Made by a program: the position numbers and the translations under genes. From contig WREG01000001.1 of the NCBI GenBank assembly GCA_009779455.1, positions 1-30,831 on the forward strand: a stretch of 30,831 bases of DNA, given 5' to 3'. Shown one piece after another: positions 15,256 through 24,281 of the stretch; the stretch's first letter is position 1, and the number at the start of each line of letters is the position of its first letter. The notes below the pieces were generated by a model that saw nothing but the letters and a program-made list of their open reading frames with translations, had not been told where the DNA came from and searched no databases. This DNA is from Oscillospiraceae bacterium (GTDB lineage Bacteria; Bacillota; Clostridia; Oscillospirales; Acutalibacteraceae).

Positions 15256-15834
15256 TCATAAGCAGATTATATTTTTACCGATTTCAAACGCCTTTAGGTT
15301 CGCCTCGGCAAACCGCGCCGGGCTTTTTTCTTTTATGGCGCTTTCCATAACACCCGCGCCGAAAGGAAATCTTCCGCTCTCCACAGCCGCGCCCAAAAGT
15401 GCGACGTTCAAAATTTTTGCGCCGACCCCCGCGTCAAACAGTTTCTGCCCGTTTATTATCACATGGTTTTTAACATTCGATTTAATGTAATTTATCATAT
15501 CGCCCGCGTTGTAATCATTTTTAACGGCGGAAAAAGGTTTAACGGGGGCGTCGAATACTATTATACACCCGTCTTCAGCCAGATAAGGCAAAACCCTGAC
15601 GCCCTCCGCCGGTTCAAAGGCGATTATTATATCCGCCGATTTAAGCGGTATTACAGGCGAATGTATTGCTTTGCCCATCCTGACGTGGCTCACGACTGAG
15701 CCGCCGCGCTGGGCCATGCCTATGGTTTCGGTGGTGCGGACGGATAAGCCGACACTCATGGCCGCCTCCGCTATCAATTTTGACGCGAACACATTCCCCT
15801 GCCCGCCCACGCCGGTTATTAAGCAGTTAATCAT
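15256..15834 (-). CDS. iorB: Indolepyruvate:ferredoxin oxidoreductase beta subunit
   Basis: GVGGQGN, ETIGMAQRGGSVVSHVR, FEPAEG. Confidence 0.92.
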   Translation of the reverse strand: MINCLITGVGGQGNVFASKLIAEAAMSVGLSVRTTETIGMAQRGGSVVSHVRMGKAIHSPVIPLKSADIIIAFEPAEGVRVLPYLAEDGCIIVFDAPVKPFSAVKNDYNAGDMINYIKSNVKNHVIINGQKLFDAGVGAKILNVALLGAAVESGRFPFGAGVMESAIKEKSPARFAEANLKAFEIGKNIICL

Positions 15835-15854
15835 ATCTCAAAAACCCCTTTTTA

Positions 15855-15992
15855 AATTCATAATTCATGATGCATAATTACTGGCTAAAATTAAAGTTTT
15901 ACTATTCTTTATAGGAAATATATAAAATAAAAATTTTTCGATTATATTTAATATCGCACAAATTATGAACTCTGCATTATGCATTATGAATT
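15855..15992. repeat. Inverted pair of TTATG(A/C)A heptamer arrays in the iorA-iorB spacer
   Basis: Minus-oriented aattcat aattcat gatgcat aatta (15855-15880) and plus-oriented ttatgaa ctctgca ttatgca ttatgaa (15963-15990). Confidence 0.85.
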
Positions 15993-17788
15993 GCCTTTGC
16001 GGCGCACACCGTCCCGCAAAGCCCGCAGCCTGTGCAAAGCGTATTATTTATGGTTGCTTTTTTATTTTCAATTGTGATGGCCGGGCAGCCCAGCTTTTTT
16101 ACGCACATTCCGCAACCGACGCATTTTTCTTCGTTTGCGCGGCAGGCTGATTTGCTTTTCAGCAATGTAATGCAGGGCGCTTCGAAAATCACCGCCCTTG
16201 CGCCTTTTTTGCCGATAATATCGTTCAGCGCTTCTTTCGCCGCTTTTTGGTCAAAGGGGTTTACGCTTTTTATGCTGTCTTTTTCCACGCCGCAGGCGGC
16301 AAGCATATCATATATGCTTATTTTCGGAGCGGGTTTTCCCGAAAGCGTCACGCCCGTGCCGGGATGGGGCTGGTTGCCTGTCATGGCTGTAGTTGAATTG
16401 TCGAGAACCGCCACTATTATGTCGCTGCCGTTGTAAACCGCGTTGATAACGCCGGGGATGCCCGTATGAAAAAATGTCGAGTCCCCGATAAACGCAAAAT
16501 TCAGCGTGTCCGGCTCAATCCTGTTTATCCCCTGGGCCACCGTTATGCCCGCCCCCATGCAAAGGCAGGTGTCTACCATGTCGAGGGGCTGCGCGTTGCC
16601 TAACGTATAACAGCCGATATCCCCCGAAAAAACGGCTTTTTTGCCTTTTGCCGCTTCTTTAACCGCGAAAAATGACGCCCTGTGGGGGCATCCGGCGCAC
16701 AACACAGGCGCGCGGGCGGGAAGCGGGGGAAATTCCGCCGTTTCCTGCGTTTCTTCGTTTATTCCGTCTAAAAATGAACGGACTGCGCGGGATACTGTCT
16801 CCGGCGTATTCTCCCCCGCATTCGGCATATGCCCCGTAAGCTTGCCGTTAATTTTAACATTCAGCCCGTGCTTGCCGCAAAGGGTTATAAGCTCCCGCTC
16901 AATCACAGGGTCAAGCTCCTCGGCGACAAGAATCTCTTCAAGGCCGTTTAGAAATTCAAGGGCCAATTTTTCGGGGAAGGGGTAAGCGGAAATTTTTAAC
17001 AATTTGCAATCTGTTTCCTGCGGGACGGTGTGGAAACCGTCCCCTACGGTCAACGCTTCCTGTACATAGGAATAACTTACGCCGCCGCAGGCTATGCCCT
17101 TTTTTCCGGAACCCGTTAATATATTGTTTTTATATAACGATAATTCTTCGCTCATGCTTTTTTGTTTTTTTTCAATTTCAAGATGGTTTGCATAGGCAAG
17201 CCTTGGGAATATGACCCAGCGGCTGTCTTTTATAAAGCCTTCCGGCTCTTTTGCGGGCAGCTCCGGAAGCAGCTCGACTGAAGCGCGGCTGTGGCAGACG
17301 CGGGTTGTGGGGCGCATTATCACCGGCCTGCCGTATTTTTCGGACAAATCGAAAGCGTCGGCCATCATGGCGTAGGCTTCCTCCGGGGTGGAAGGGTCAA
17401 ATACCGCTATTTTCGCAAATTTGCCATAGTGGCGGGTATCCTGCTCCGTTTGGGATGATATGGGACCGGGGTCGTCCGCCGCTACTACCACCATGCCGCC
17501 CTTCACGCCTACATAATTAAGGCTCATCAAGGGGTCTGACGCCACGTTCAGACCGACCTGCTTCATCGTAACCATCGCCCTTGCCCCGGCGTAGGCCGCG
17601 CCCGCCGCCACTTCCATAGCGGATTTTTCGTTGGCCGACCATTCGGCGTGGATGCGCCCGTCATTATTTTTTGCCACCGTCTCCAATATCTCCGACGACG
17701 GCGTGCCGGGATAGCCTGCCGCAAGCCGCAAACCGGCGCGTATCGCCCCGAGGGCTATGGCTTCATTGCCCATTAACAGTTTTTTCAT
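15977..17788 (-). CDS. iorA: Indolepyruvate:ferredoxin oxidoreductase alpha subunit
   Basis: MGNEAIA, GYPGTPSSE, NEKSA.E, CAGCPHR, GDIGCY, TPP motif IGDSTFFHTG...DNSTTAMTG, two C-terminal CxxCxxC [4Fe-4S] motifs. Start MKKLL at 17788. Confidence 0.94.
   Translation of the reverse strand: MKKLLMGNEAIALGAIRAGLRLAAGYPGTPSSEILETVAKNNDGRIHAEWSANEKSAMEVAAGAAYAGARAMVTMKQVGLNVASDPLMSLNYVGVKGGMVVVAADDPGPISSQTEQDTRHYGKFAKIAVFDPSTPEEAYAMMADAFDLSEKYGRPVIMRPTTRVCHSRASVELLPELPAKEPEGFIKDSRWVIFPRLAYANHLEIEKKQKSMSEELSLYKNNILTGSGKKGIACGGVSYSYVQEALTVGDGFHTVPQETDCKLLKISAYPFPEKLALEFLNGLEEILVAEELDPVIERELITLCGKHGLNVKINGKLTGHMPNAGENTPETVSRAVRSFLDGINEETQETAEFPPLPARAPVLCAGCPHRASFFAVKEAAKGKKAVFSGDIGCYTLGNAQPLDMVDTCLCMGAGITVAQGINRIEPDTLNFAFIGDSTFFHTGIPGVINAVYNGSDIIVAVLDNSTTAMTGNQPHPGTGVTLSGKPAPKISIYDMLAACGVEKDSIKSVNPFDQKAAKEALNDIIGKKGARAVIFEAPCITLLKSKSACRANEEKCVGCGMCVKKLGCPAITIENKKATINNTLCTGCGLCGTVCAAKAIHNA
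17021..17047 (-). repeat. 27-bp GTAG-type REP-like palindrome inserted in frame in iorA
   Basis: Minus strand GTAG GGGACGGT TTCCAC ACCGTCCC G: perfect 8-bp stem, exactly 9 codons (VGDGFHTVP). Confidence 0.8.
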
Positions 17789-18995
17789 AATTATGCCCAC
17801 CATTATGTATCATTTTTTTGTTTATTATCGACAGAGCCACAACCAGCGCCGCGCCGGCGGCCGCCAAAACGCCCAGTACGGCGAATTTTAAACGCTGATC
17901 GGCTATTTTATTTATCGCGACCGGGAACAGAAGCGCCGAAAGCATAAACCCGACCATCACCGCGCCGTAGTTAGAGCCGAAATTTTTCATCCCGAAATTT
18001 TCGTAGGTAAGCACAGGGTACAGGCCCGAATAGCCTCCGTAGCAGAAGGCGACCGCCGCAATTATCGCCATCAGCAATATCCCGTTTGCGAAACAAAGGC
18101 CAAAAGCGCCTGAAGCCGTTACCGCGAGGATTATAATGTCCGCTTTTTCCCTGCCGATTTTATCAGACAGCAGCGGCGCGCCGAGCCGTCCCAAAGCGTT
18201 TGCGATACCGGTGAACATAACAAGATAAGTGGCAAAATTTTCAAGCCCCCTGGTTTTCGCGAGGTCCGTTAAATCGGGGTTGATTATAAAGAAAACAGAG
18301 GTGCCGAACATTAAAGACAGAGCGAGCAGATAAAAACGCGGGGTTTTAAGCATTTCGAGGGTCGTGTACTGTTTCTCTTTCAACATCGGCGCGGCCGCGT
18401 TCGCCGCCTGTTCGGGCGTTTTTATAAAATTGAACAATATAAGCACCGCCGCCGCGAAAACTGCCGACAAGACAAGGAATGTGTTCCTGACGCCGAGGTT
18501 TTTATTCATCATAGTCACAAGGGGGGCAAAAATCACCGTAGAAAAGCCGAAAAAACATACGCATATACCTGTTGCGAAGCCCCTGTTTTTCGGAAACCAT
18601 TTCTGTACGTTTGAAACTATGGCGTTATATGCCGCGCCAACACCGAAACCGCCTATAATACCGTAGAAAATATACACGCAGGCGACGGGCGACGTCCCGC
18701 CCGCAGGTATAAGGGCCGTCGCGAGCATACCCGCAGAAACCATTAGGCCGCCTGTAAGCGCGGTCAGCTTTACCCCTATTTTCGTCTGCGCCTTTCCGCC
18801 CGCCAATATCCCTATAACGAAAAAACACAGCATAAACGAAGCTGTAAGGCCTGCATCGGCGGGAGTCCAGCCGTAATACGCGCTGACGGGGTTCTTAAAG
18901 ACGCTCCAGACATATATAATGCCTAAAAACAACTGTAAGAACGCGCCTGTGAACAAAACTTTTAAGCCTTGTTTGTTTTTCCTGATCGCAGACAT
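17763..18995 (-). CDS. MFS transporter, OFA (oxalate:formate antiporter)-like
   Basis: LQLFLGIIYVWSVF, WFPKNRGFATG, NALGRLG, YGGY.GL.P...FG.KNFGSNYG. About 12 TM segments. Confidence 0.85.
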   Translation of the reverse strand: MSAIRKNKQGLKVLFTGAFLQLFLGIIYVWSVFKNPVSAYYGWTPADAGLTASFMLCFFVIGILAGGKAQTKIGVKLTALTGGLMVSAGMLATALIPAGGTSPVACVYIFYGIIGGFGVGAAYNAIVSNVQKWFPKNRGFATGICVCFFGFSTVIFAPLVTMMNKNLGVRNTFLVLSAVFAAAVLILFNFIKTPEQAANAAAPMLKEKQYTTLEMLKTPRFYLLALSLMFGTSVFFIINPDLTDLAKTRGLENFATYLVMFTGIANALGRLGAPLLSDKIGREKADIIILAVTASGAFGLCFANGILLMAIIAAVAFCYGGYSGLYPVLTYENFGMKNFGSNYGAVMVGFMLSALLFPVAINKIADQRLKFAVLGVLAAAGAALVVALSIINKKMIHNGGHNYEKTVNGQ

Positions 18996-19037
18996 AAAAA
19001 ATTTCCCCTTTCAAAACTATATTGAATTTTAAAATTT

Positions 19038-20525
19038 TCACCCGTGGTATAGTTTCTTGGTCTGATACTGCGGTTCGCAGGTTAAATTTATGCCCAGTTT
19101 CCTGAAAATATCCTCGTCAACCTGTGAAAGCAGCACCGTTGAATGCGCCTCGCATCCCCGGAGCTCTGTGAGGCTTTCGACGGTTTTTTTTGCGTTTTCG
19201 TTGGCGGCCGCGCTTATCGAAAGGGCTTCAAGCGCTTCGTCCGTATGAAGGCGGGGGTTGCGGTTCCCCAAAATATCCGTTTTAAGCTTTTGTATCGGCT
19301 CTATAATGCCGGGGTCAATGAGCAGAAGCTTTTTCGGGAGGCCGCAGACAGCTTTGGCGGCATTGAGTATGGCGGCGGCTGAGGCCCCCAAAAGCTCACT
19401 GGTCTTGCCTGTTATAATCCTCCCGTCTTTTAATTCGATGGCGACGGCGGGCTGGTTATCCGTGCCTATCGAACGATCGACCGCCGCTTTGACGACGGGC
19501 CTGTCGTCCTCGGATATGCCGCACTGCTTCATTAAAAGCTCCAATTTTTCAATCAGTTTTTCGTTTGCCCTTCCCCGTTTTACGTCACAGATCGCCGCAA
19601 AATAACGGCGGATGATTTCATCCTTGGCCGCGAGGTTTACGGTTTCCCCGTCGGTAATGCAAAACCCCGCCATATTGACGCCCATATCCGTCGGGGAGCC
19701 GTAAGGGCTTTTGCCGGAGATTGTTTCAAATATCGCTTTCAATACGGGGAAAACCTCGATATCCCTGTTGTAATTTACAGCGGTCTTGCCGTGGATGTCT
19801 AAATAAAACGGGTCTATCATGTTGACGTCGTCAAGGTCGGCGGTCGCGGCCTCATAAGCTATGTTTACGGGATGCAAAAGCGGCAGGTTCCAAACAGGGA
19901 AGGTTTCGAATTTAGCGTAGCCCGCCGGGACGCCCCTTAAATGCTCGTGATAAAGCTGCGAAAGGCATGCGGCCATTTTCCCGCTCCCCGGACCCGGGGC
20001 CGTGACTATCACAAGGGGCCGGGACGTTTCGATATATTCGTTTTTGCCGAACCCTTCGGGGCTGACTATATTTGTTATATCATAAGGGTAGTTATCAATA
20101 GGATAATGCAGGAATACGCGTATGCCCAGCTGTTCAAGATGCTCCTTGTAATCAAGGGTGCCGGGCTGGCTGTCGAACCGGGTTATGACAACGCTGCCGA
20201 CGAAAAGGCCTATTTCACGGAAAGCGTCGATGAGCCTTAAAACGTCTGAGTTGTATGTGATCCCCAAATCCCGCCTGATTTTGTTCTTTTCAATATCCGA
20301 CGCGTTTATCGCGACCACGATCTCAGCGTCCGCGCTTAAATTTTTGAGCATCTGTATCTTCGTGTGCGGCAAAAAGCCCGGCAGAACCCTTGACGCGTGG
20401 AAATCGTCAAAAAGCTTGCCGCCGAATTCAAGGTAAAGCTTGCCGCCGAGCTCGTTTATCCTCTTTGATATCTGCCCGGATTGCTTTTCTATGTACAAAT
20501 CGTTGTCAAAGCCTGTTCCCCGCAT
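19038..20525 (-). CDS. DUF1846 family protein (P-loop-like, function unknown)
   Basis: GFDNDLY..KQS, LYLEFGGKLFDDFHASRVLPGF, TAPGPGSGKMA, YAKFETFPVWNLPL.HPVN.AYEAATADL. Confidence 0.9.
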   Translation of the reverse strand: MRGTGFDNDLYIEKQSGQISKRINELGGKLYLEFGGKLFDDFHASRVLPGFLPHTKIQMLKNLSADAEIVVAINASDIEKNKIRRDLGITYNSDVLRLIDAFREIGLFVGSVVITRFDSQPGTLDYKEHLEQLGIRVFLHYPIDNYPYDITNIVSPEGFGKNEYIETSRPLVIVTAPGPGSGKMAACLSQLYHEHLRGVPAGYAKFETFPVWNLPLLHPVNIAYEAATADLDDVNMIDPFYLDIHGKTAVNYNRDIEVFPVLKAIFETISGKSPYGSPTDMGVNMAGFCITDGETVNLAAKDEIIRRYFAAICDVKRGRANEKLIEKLELLMKQCGISEDDRPVVKAAVDRSIGTDNQPAVAIELKDGRIITGKTSELLGASAAAILNAAKAVCGLPKKLLLIDPGIIEPIQKLKTDILGNRNPRLHTDEALEALSISAAANENAKKTVESLTELRGCEAHSTVLLSQVDEDIFRKLGINLTCEPQYQTKKLYHG

Positions 20526-20565
20526 TCAAAATACCGCCTGTTTCGTTAAAATTTTATAGCTTATC

Positions 20566-22233
20566 TTAAAAAAGCCCCGAAATTTTGCCTTCGCCGTTTA
20601 TGCCGATTGACAACGCGCTCGGCGCTTTGGGCAAGCCCGGCATTGTCATTATGTCCCCCGTCATCAGCACGATAAAACCCGCCCCTGCCGCCAAACGCGC
20701 TTCGCGCACCGTAATTTCGAAGCCCCGGGGCCTTCCGAGAAGCAGGGGGTTGTCCGACAGGGAATATTGCGTCTTTGCTATGCATACGGGCAGATTCCCG
20801 AAGCCCGTTTCCTCGAATTTTTTGATTGATTTCGCCGCCGCGGGGATTATTGCGACATTGCCCGCGCCGTAAACCTGTTTCGCGACTATATTTATTTTTT
20901 CCGTGACGCTTATGTCAAGCGGATAGAGATATTTGAAATTTGAAGGCTGCTCACAAGCGGATATGACGGCCCGCGCCAGCTCCTGTCCGCCCTCAGCCCC
21001 TTTCGAGAAAACTTCCGACACGGCGAACCCGCAGCCTTGTTCGCGGCAATGCTGCGTAAGTATTTCAAGCTCTGCGTCCGAATCGCTGCCGAAACGGTTC
21101 ACGGCGACGACTACCGGAACGCCGAAGGCCCGCATATTGGCTATGTGAGCGGCAAGGTTGCATAAGCCTCTTTTAAGCGCGTCCGGGTTGCCGTTCATAA
21201 GGTTGTCCTTCTTTTCGCCGCCGTTGTATTTCAGCGCCCTTACGGTTGCTACGATAACCGCGCAGTCCGGCTTCAAGCCCGCGCTGCGGCATTTTATGTC
21301 CATAAATTTTTCCGCGCCCAGATCGGAGCCGAAACCCGCTTCCGTAACGGCGTAATCCGCTATTTTCAGCGCCAGTTTTGTGGCCCTGACGGAATTGCAG
21401 CCGTGGGCGATGTTTGCGAAGGGCCCGCCGTGGATAAGGGCGGGGGTATTTTCGAGGCTCTGCACCAGATTGGGGTTCACAGCGTCTTTTAACAGCGCGG
21501 CCATCGCCCCCTGTGCGCCCAAATCTGACGCGAAAACGGGTTCCCCGCCGTAATTATACGCTGCCATTATTTTGCCCAGACGCTCTTTAAGGTCGGTCAA
21601 ATCGTCGGCAAGGCAAAGTATCGCCATCACCTCGCTTGCGGCAGTTATGGTAAAACCGTCCTCGCGGACGACGCCGTCCGCTTTCCCGCCAAGGCCTATG
21701 ACCGTTTTGCGGAGAACCCTGTCGTTCATGTCCGCACAGCGCTTTATAAGCACGGAGCGCGGGTCTATGCCCAAGATGTTCCCCTGATGAATGTGATTGT
21801 CAACAAGCGCCGCGAGAAGGTTGTTAGCCGCCGTGACGGCGTGTATGTCGCCTGTAAAATGCAGGTTTATATCCTCCATAGGCACGATCTGCGCGTACCC
21901 GCCGCCCGCCGCGCCGCCTTTTATGCCGAAAACAGGCCCGAGCGAGGGTTCGCGCAAAGCCACGACAGATTTCTTGCCGAGCTTGTGCAGCGCCTGCCCC
22001 AGCCCGACCGTAGTCGTGGTTTTCCCTTCTCCGAAGGGCGTAGGGCTAACGGCGGTAACCAAAATAAGCTTGCCGCCGGGGTTATCCTTTGTTTCGCGGA
22101 AAGCCCGGTCATTGAGCTTTGCCTTATATTTCCCGTAAGATTCCAGGGCTTCGCCGTTTATCCCCAACCCGGCGGCAATTTCGCTTATCGGCAGCATCTT
22201 AGCGTTCTGCGCGATTTCTATGTCTGATAACAT
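20566..22233 (-). CDS. fhs: Formate-tetrahydrofolate ligase
   Basis: [77 protein letters not shown]. Confidence 0.97.
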   Translation of the reverse strand: MLSDIEIAQNAKMLPISEIAAGLGINGEALESYGKYKAKLNDRAFRETKDNPGGKLILVTAVSPTPFGEGKTTTTVGLGQALHKLGKKSVVALREPSLGPVFGIKGGAAGGGYAQIVPMEDINLHFTGDIHAVTAANNLLAALVDNHIHQGNILGIDPRSVLIKRCADMNDRVLRKTVIGLGGKADGVVREDGFTITAASEVMAILCLADDLTDLKERLGKIMAAYNYGGEPVFASDLGAQGAMAALLKDAVNPNLVQSLENTPALIHGGPFANIAHGCNSVRATKLALKIADYAVTEAGFGSDLGAEKFMDIKCRSAGLKPDCAVIVATVRALKYNGGEKKDNLMNGNPDALKRGLCNLAAHIANMRAFGVPVVVAVNRFGSDSDAELEILTQHCREQGCGFAVSEVFSKGAEGGQELARAVISACEQPSNFKYLYPLDISVTEKINIVAKQVYGAGNVAIIPAAAKSIKKFEETGFGNLPVCIAKTQYSLSDNPLLLGRPRGFEITVREARLAAGAGFIVLMTGDIMTMPGLPKAPSALSIGINGEGKISGLF

Positions 22234-22261
22234 TTAATTTCCTGCCTTTTTCTTTTTTTGC

Positions 22262-22290
22262 TTGTTAATATTTTGTCAATGTGATATAAT
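22262..22290 (+). promoter_or_regulatory. Sigma-A promoter divergent from fhs
   Basis: TTGTTA (22262-22267), 17 nt, TATAAT (22285-22290), extended TG. Confidence 0.6.
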
Positions 22291-22385
22291 AGGCGCGGCA
22301 ACATACGGTGGTATTGATAGCTCAACGCCGCGCCATTGCGAAAATGCATACGCATTTTCATTAGTTTTCACGATACAACAAATAA

Positions 22386-22415
22386 TTATGAACCATGAAT
22401 TATGCATTATGAATT
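22386..22415 (+). repeat. TTATG(A/C)A heptamer array overlapping the flavodoxin start
   Basis: ttatgaa ccatgaa ttatgca ttatgaa tt. Confidence 0.85.
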
Positions 22416-22933
22416 TAAATAAATTATCCTTGCCGGCGAACCCCAAAACGGCGGTTCTGTTCGGCTCGCCCAATAATAACGGGCATACAAAGAAATACCT
22501 TGACGAATTCCTGGCATTATTGCCCCCGGGCGGCGAAACTGAAATCATAGACGCTTACGGGCTGCGCCCCGCCCCGTGTTTCGGCTGCGGGTATTGCACC
22601 GAAAACGGCAAATGCAAAAATAATGACCTCGACGGCGTATTTGAAAAGCTGTCTGCCGCCGACCTTGCCGTAATCGCCTCGCCCGTCTATTTTTACGGCT
22701 TCCCGGCACCGCTCAAAGCAGTCGTAGACCGCTTGCAGCCTCTATATATAAACAAGTTTATAAGAAAAGGGCCGTTCTGCGAAAACAAAAATGCGGGAGC
22801 GTTAATAGCCACATCGGGAAGGGACGACGCCGAAACCTTTGAAATGCTGAAAAGGCAGTCGAAAATTGTTTTCTCCCTGCTTTCCAAAGAGTTACGCATA
22901 GCTTTTTATTTTCCTGAAACAGATAAGATTTAA
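22409..22933 (+). CDS. Flavodoxin family / iron-sulfur flavoprotein (NADPH-dependent FMN reductase fold)
   Basis: GSPNNNGHT, CFGCGYC...C...DL, ASPVYFYGFPAPLKAVVDR. Start uncertain (22409 or 22388); the upstream extension to 22262 looks non-coding. Confidence 0.82.
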   Translation: MNLNKLSLPANPKTAVLFGSPNNNGHTKKYLDEFLALLPPGGETEIIDAYGLRPAPCFGCGYCTENGKCKNNDLDGVFEKLSAADLAVIASPVYFYGFPAPLKAVVDRLQPLYINKFIRKGPFCENKNAGALIATSGRDDAETFEMLKRQSKIVFSLLSKELRIAFYFPETDKI

Positions 22934-23003
22934 TTTCCGATTGTTGTAATAAAACCGTTTCCTGCTAATTATATATTTATAAGGTGATTAGAAAAGGACG
23001 GTA

Positions 23004-24170
23004 ATGACAATGAATGTTTTAAAAACAGGCTGCAAAGGCGCGAACGTCGCGGCGCTGAAACTCGGGCTTATCAGGGCGGGGTTATACAATGAGCCGGCTG
23101 ACGGCGTTTTTGATGCGGAAACAAAGGCCGCCGTTATTGATTTTCAAAAAAGAAACGGGCTTTGCCCGAACGGGGAAGCGGGCGCGGTCACTTTTGAGCT
23201 TTTAAAGCCGTACATAATGGGCTGCCGTCAGGATGCAGGCAAAAACATCGTGCCTACGGATATGGATTATTCGTATTGCCTTTTAAAAATGATCCTTGCA
23301 GGGCTGAAAAAGCGCTATCCGTTTTTGGAGGTGTCGAGTATCGGCAAAAGCGTCATGGGCAGGAATATTTATTGTGTCGGCATAGGCGGGGGGAATAATG
23401 AAGTTTTCTATAACGCCGCCCATCACGCCAACGAATGGATAACAGCCCCGCTGCTGTTAAAGTTTATTGAGGATTACGCGAATGCTTACGCGGCAGGGGA
23501 GAGCATATCGGATATACCCGCGAAAACCCTTTTTGAAAAAACCGGGCTCTTTGTCGCCCCTCTTGTCAACCCTGACGGCGTTGACCTTGTGACGGGAGCC
23601 GTTGACAACGGGGTATTTTTTGCCCGCGCGAAAGGTTTTGCCGCAAACTATCCGCTGATCCCGTTTCCGGGCGGATGGAAAGCGAACATAGACGGCGTGG
23701 ATTTAAATCTCGCGTACCCGGCGGGCTGGGAAGAAGCCAAAAAGCTAAAATACGAGCAGGGCTTTATATCCCCGGGGCCCCGCGACTTTGTCGGCTGCCG
23801 CCCGCTTTCCGCCCCCGAAAGCAAAGCGGTTTATGATTTTACATTAAAACATGATTTTAAGCTCGTTTTAGCGTACCATACACAGGGCCGGGAAATTTAC
23901 TGGAAATACAAGGACTGCGAACCCGCGCATTCCCGTGATATCGCGGGAAAAATGAGCGCCGCCAGCGGTTATACGCTTGAAATCGCGCCGGAATATTCCG
24001 CGAACGCGGGCTACAGGGACTGGTTCATAAAAAAATACGGCCGTCCCGGTTTTACAGTGGAAGCGGGTTACGGGGTCAGCCCGCTGCCAGTCAGGATGTT
24101 TGATGAAATCTATGAAGAAAATATCGGGATTCTTGTTGAGGGGCTGCTTTTTTCAATGCATAATTCATGA
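23004..24170 (+). CDS. M14 family gamma-D-glutamyl-meso-diaminopimelate peptidase with N-terminal peptidoglycan-binding domain
   Basis: LKTGCKGANV...DGVFDAETKAAVIDFQKRNGL (PG-binding). NAAHHANEWIT (HxxE), VNPDGVDLV, WKANIDGVDLN, AYHTQG, FTVEAG. Confidence 0.88.
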   Translation: MTMNVLKTGCKGANVAALKLGLIRAGLYNEPADGVFDAETKAAVIDFQKRNGLCPNGEAGAVTFELLKPYIMGCRQDAGKNIVPTDMDYSYCLLKMILAGLKKRYPFLEVSSIGKSVMGRNIYCVGIGGGNNEVFYNAAHHANEWITAPLLLKFIEDYANAYAAGESISDIPAKTLFEKTGLFVAPLVNPDGVDLVTGAVDNGVFFARAKGFAANYPLIPFPGGWKANIDGVDLNLAYPAGWEEAKKLKYEQGFISPGPRDFVGCRPLSAPESKAVYDFTLKHDFKLVLAYHTQGREIYWKYKDCEPAHSRDIAGKMSAASGYTLEIAPEYSANAGYRDWFIKKYGRPGFTVEAGYGVSPLPVRMFDEIYEENIGILVEGLLFSMHNS

Positions 24171-24280
24171 TTCATAATGCATAATTAATTGACGAAACAG
24201 CAACTATTAATCGCTGTTTTATATGCAAACTAAAAAAATCGAAGAATATTCTATGTTTAATGAATTATGCATTATGAATT
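24155..24280. repeat. Inverted pair of TTATG(A/C)A heptamer arrays between convergent genes
   Basis: aatgcataattcatgattcataatgcataatt (24155-24186) and aatgaattatgcattatgaatt (24259-24280), with an internal AAACAGC/GCTGTTT hairpin. Confidence 0.85.
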
Positions 24281-24281
24281 T

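Noticed and set aside
16005-17033. 14-bp inverted match (CACACCGTCCCGCA) between the iorA ferredoxin-motif codons and the REP-like insert
   Set aside because: The first copy encodes the required CGTVC iron-sulfur motif. Most likely coincidence.
18686-18703. GC hairpin CGGGCG-acgtcc-CGCCCG in an MFS loop as another intragenic REP
   Set aside because: Only a 6-bp stem in GC-rich coding sequence, with no GTAG head. Cannot be told from chance without an ortholog alignment.
22234-22408. ZTP (pfl) or THF riboswitch expected upstream of fhs
   Set aside because: The minus-strand leader lacks the GACUGGCG...GUGGG/CCAC and CGCCUGGGC elements of ZTP, and shows no THF riboswitch consensus.
22262-22408. 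N-terminal 49-aa extension of the flavodoxin ORF given in the track
   Set aside because: It begins inside the predicted promoter and runs through hairpins and a heptamer array. Not plausible coding sequence.
15855-24280. CRISPR array
   Set aside because: The repeats are 7-mers in short tandem runs, not 23-47 bp repeats with unique regular spacers, and there are no cas genes.
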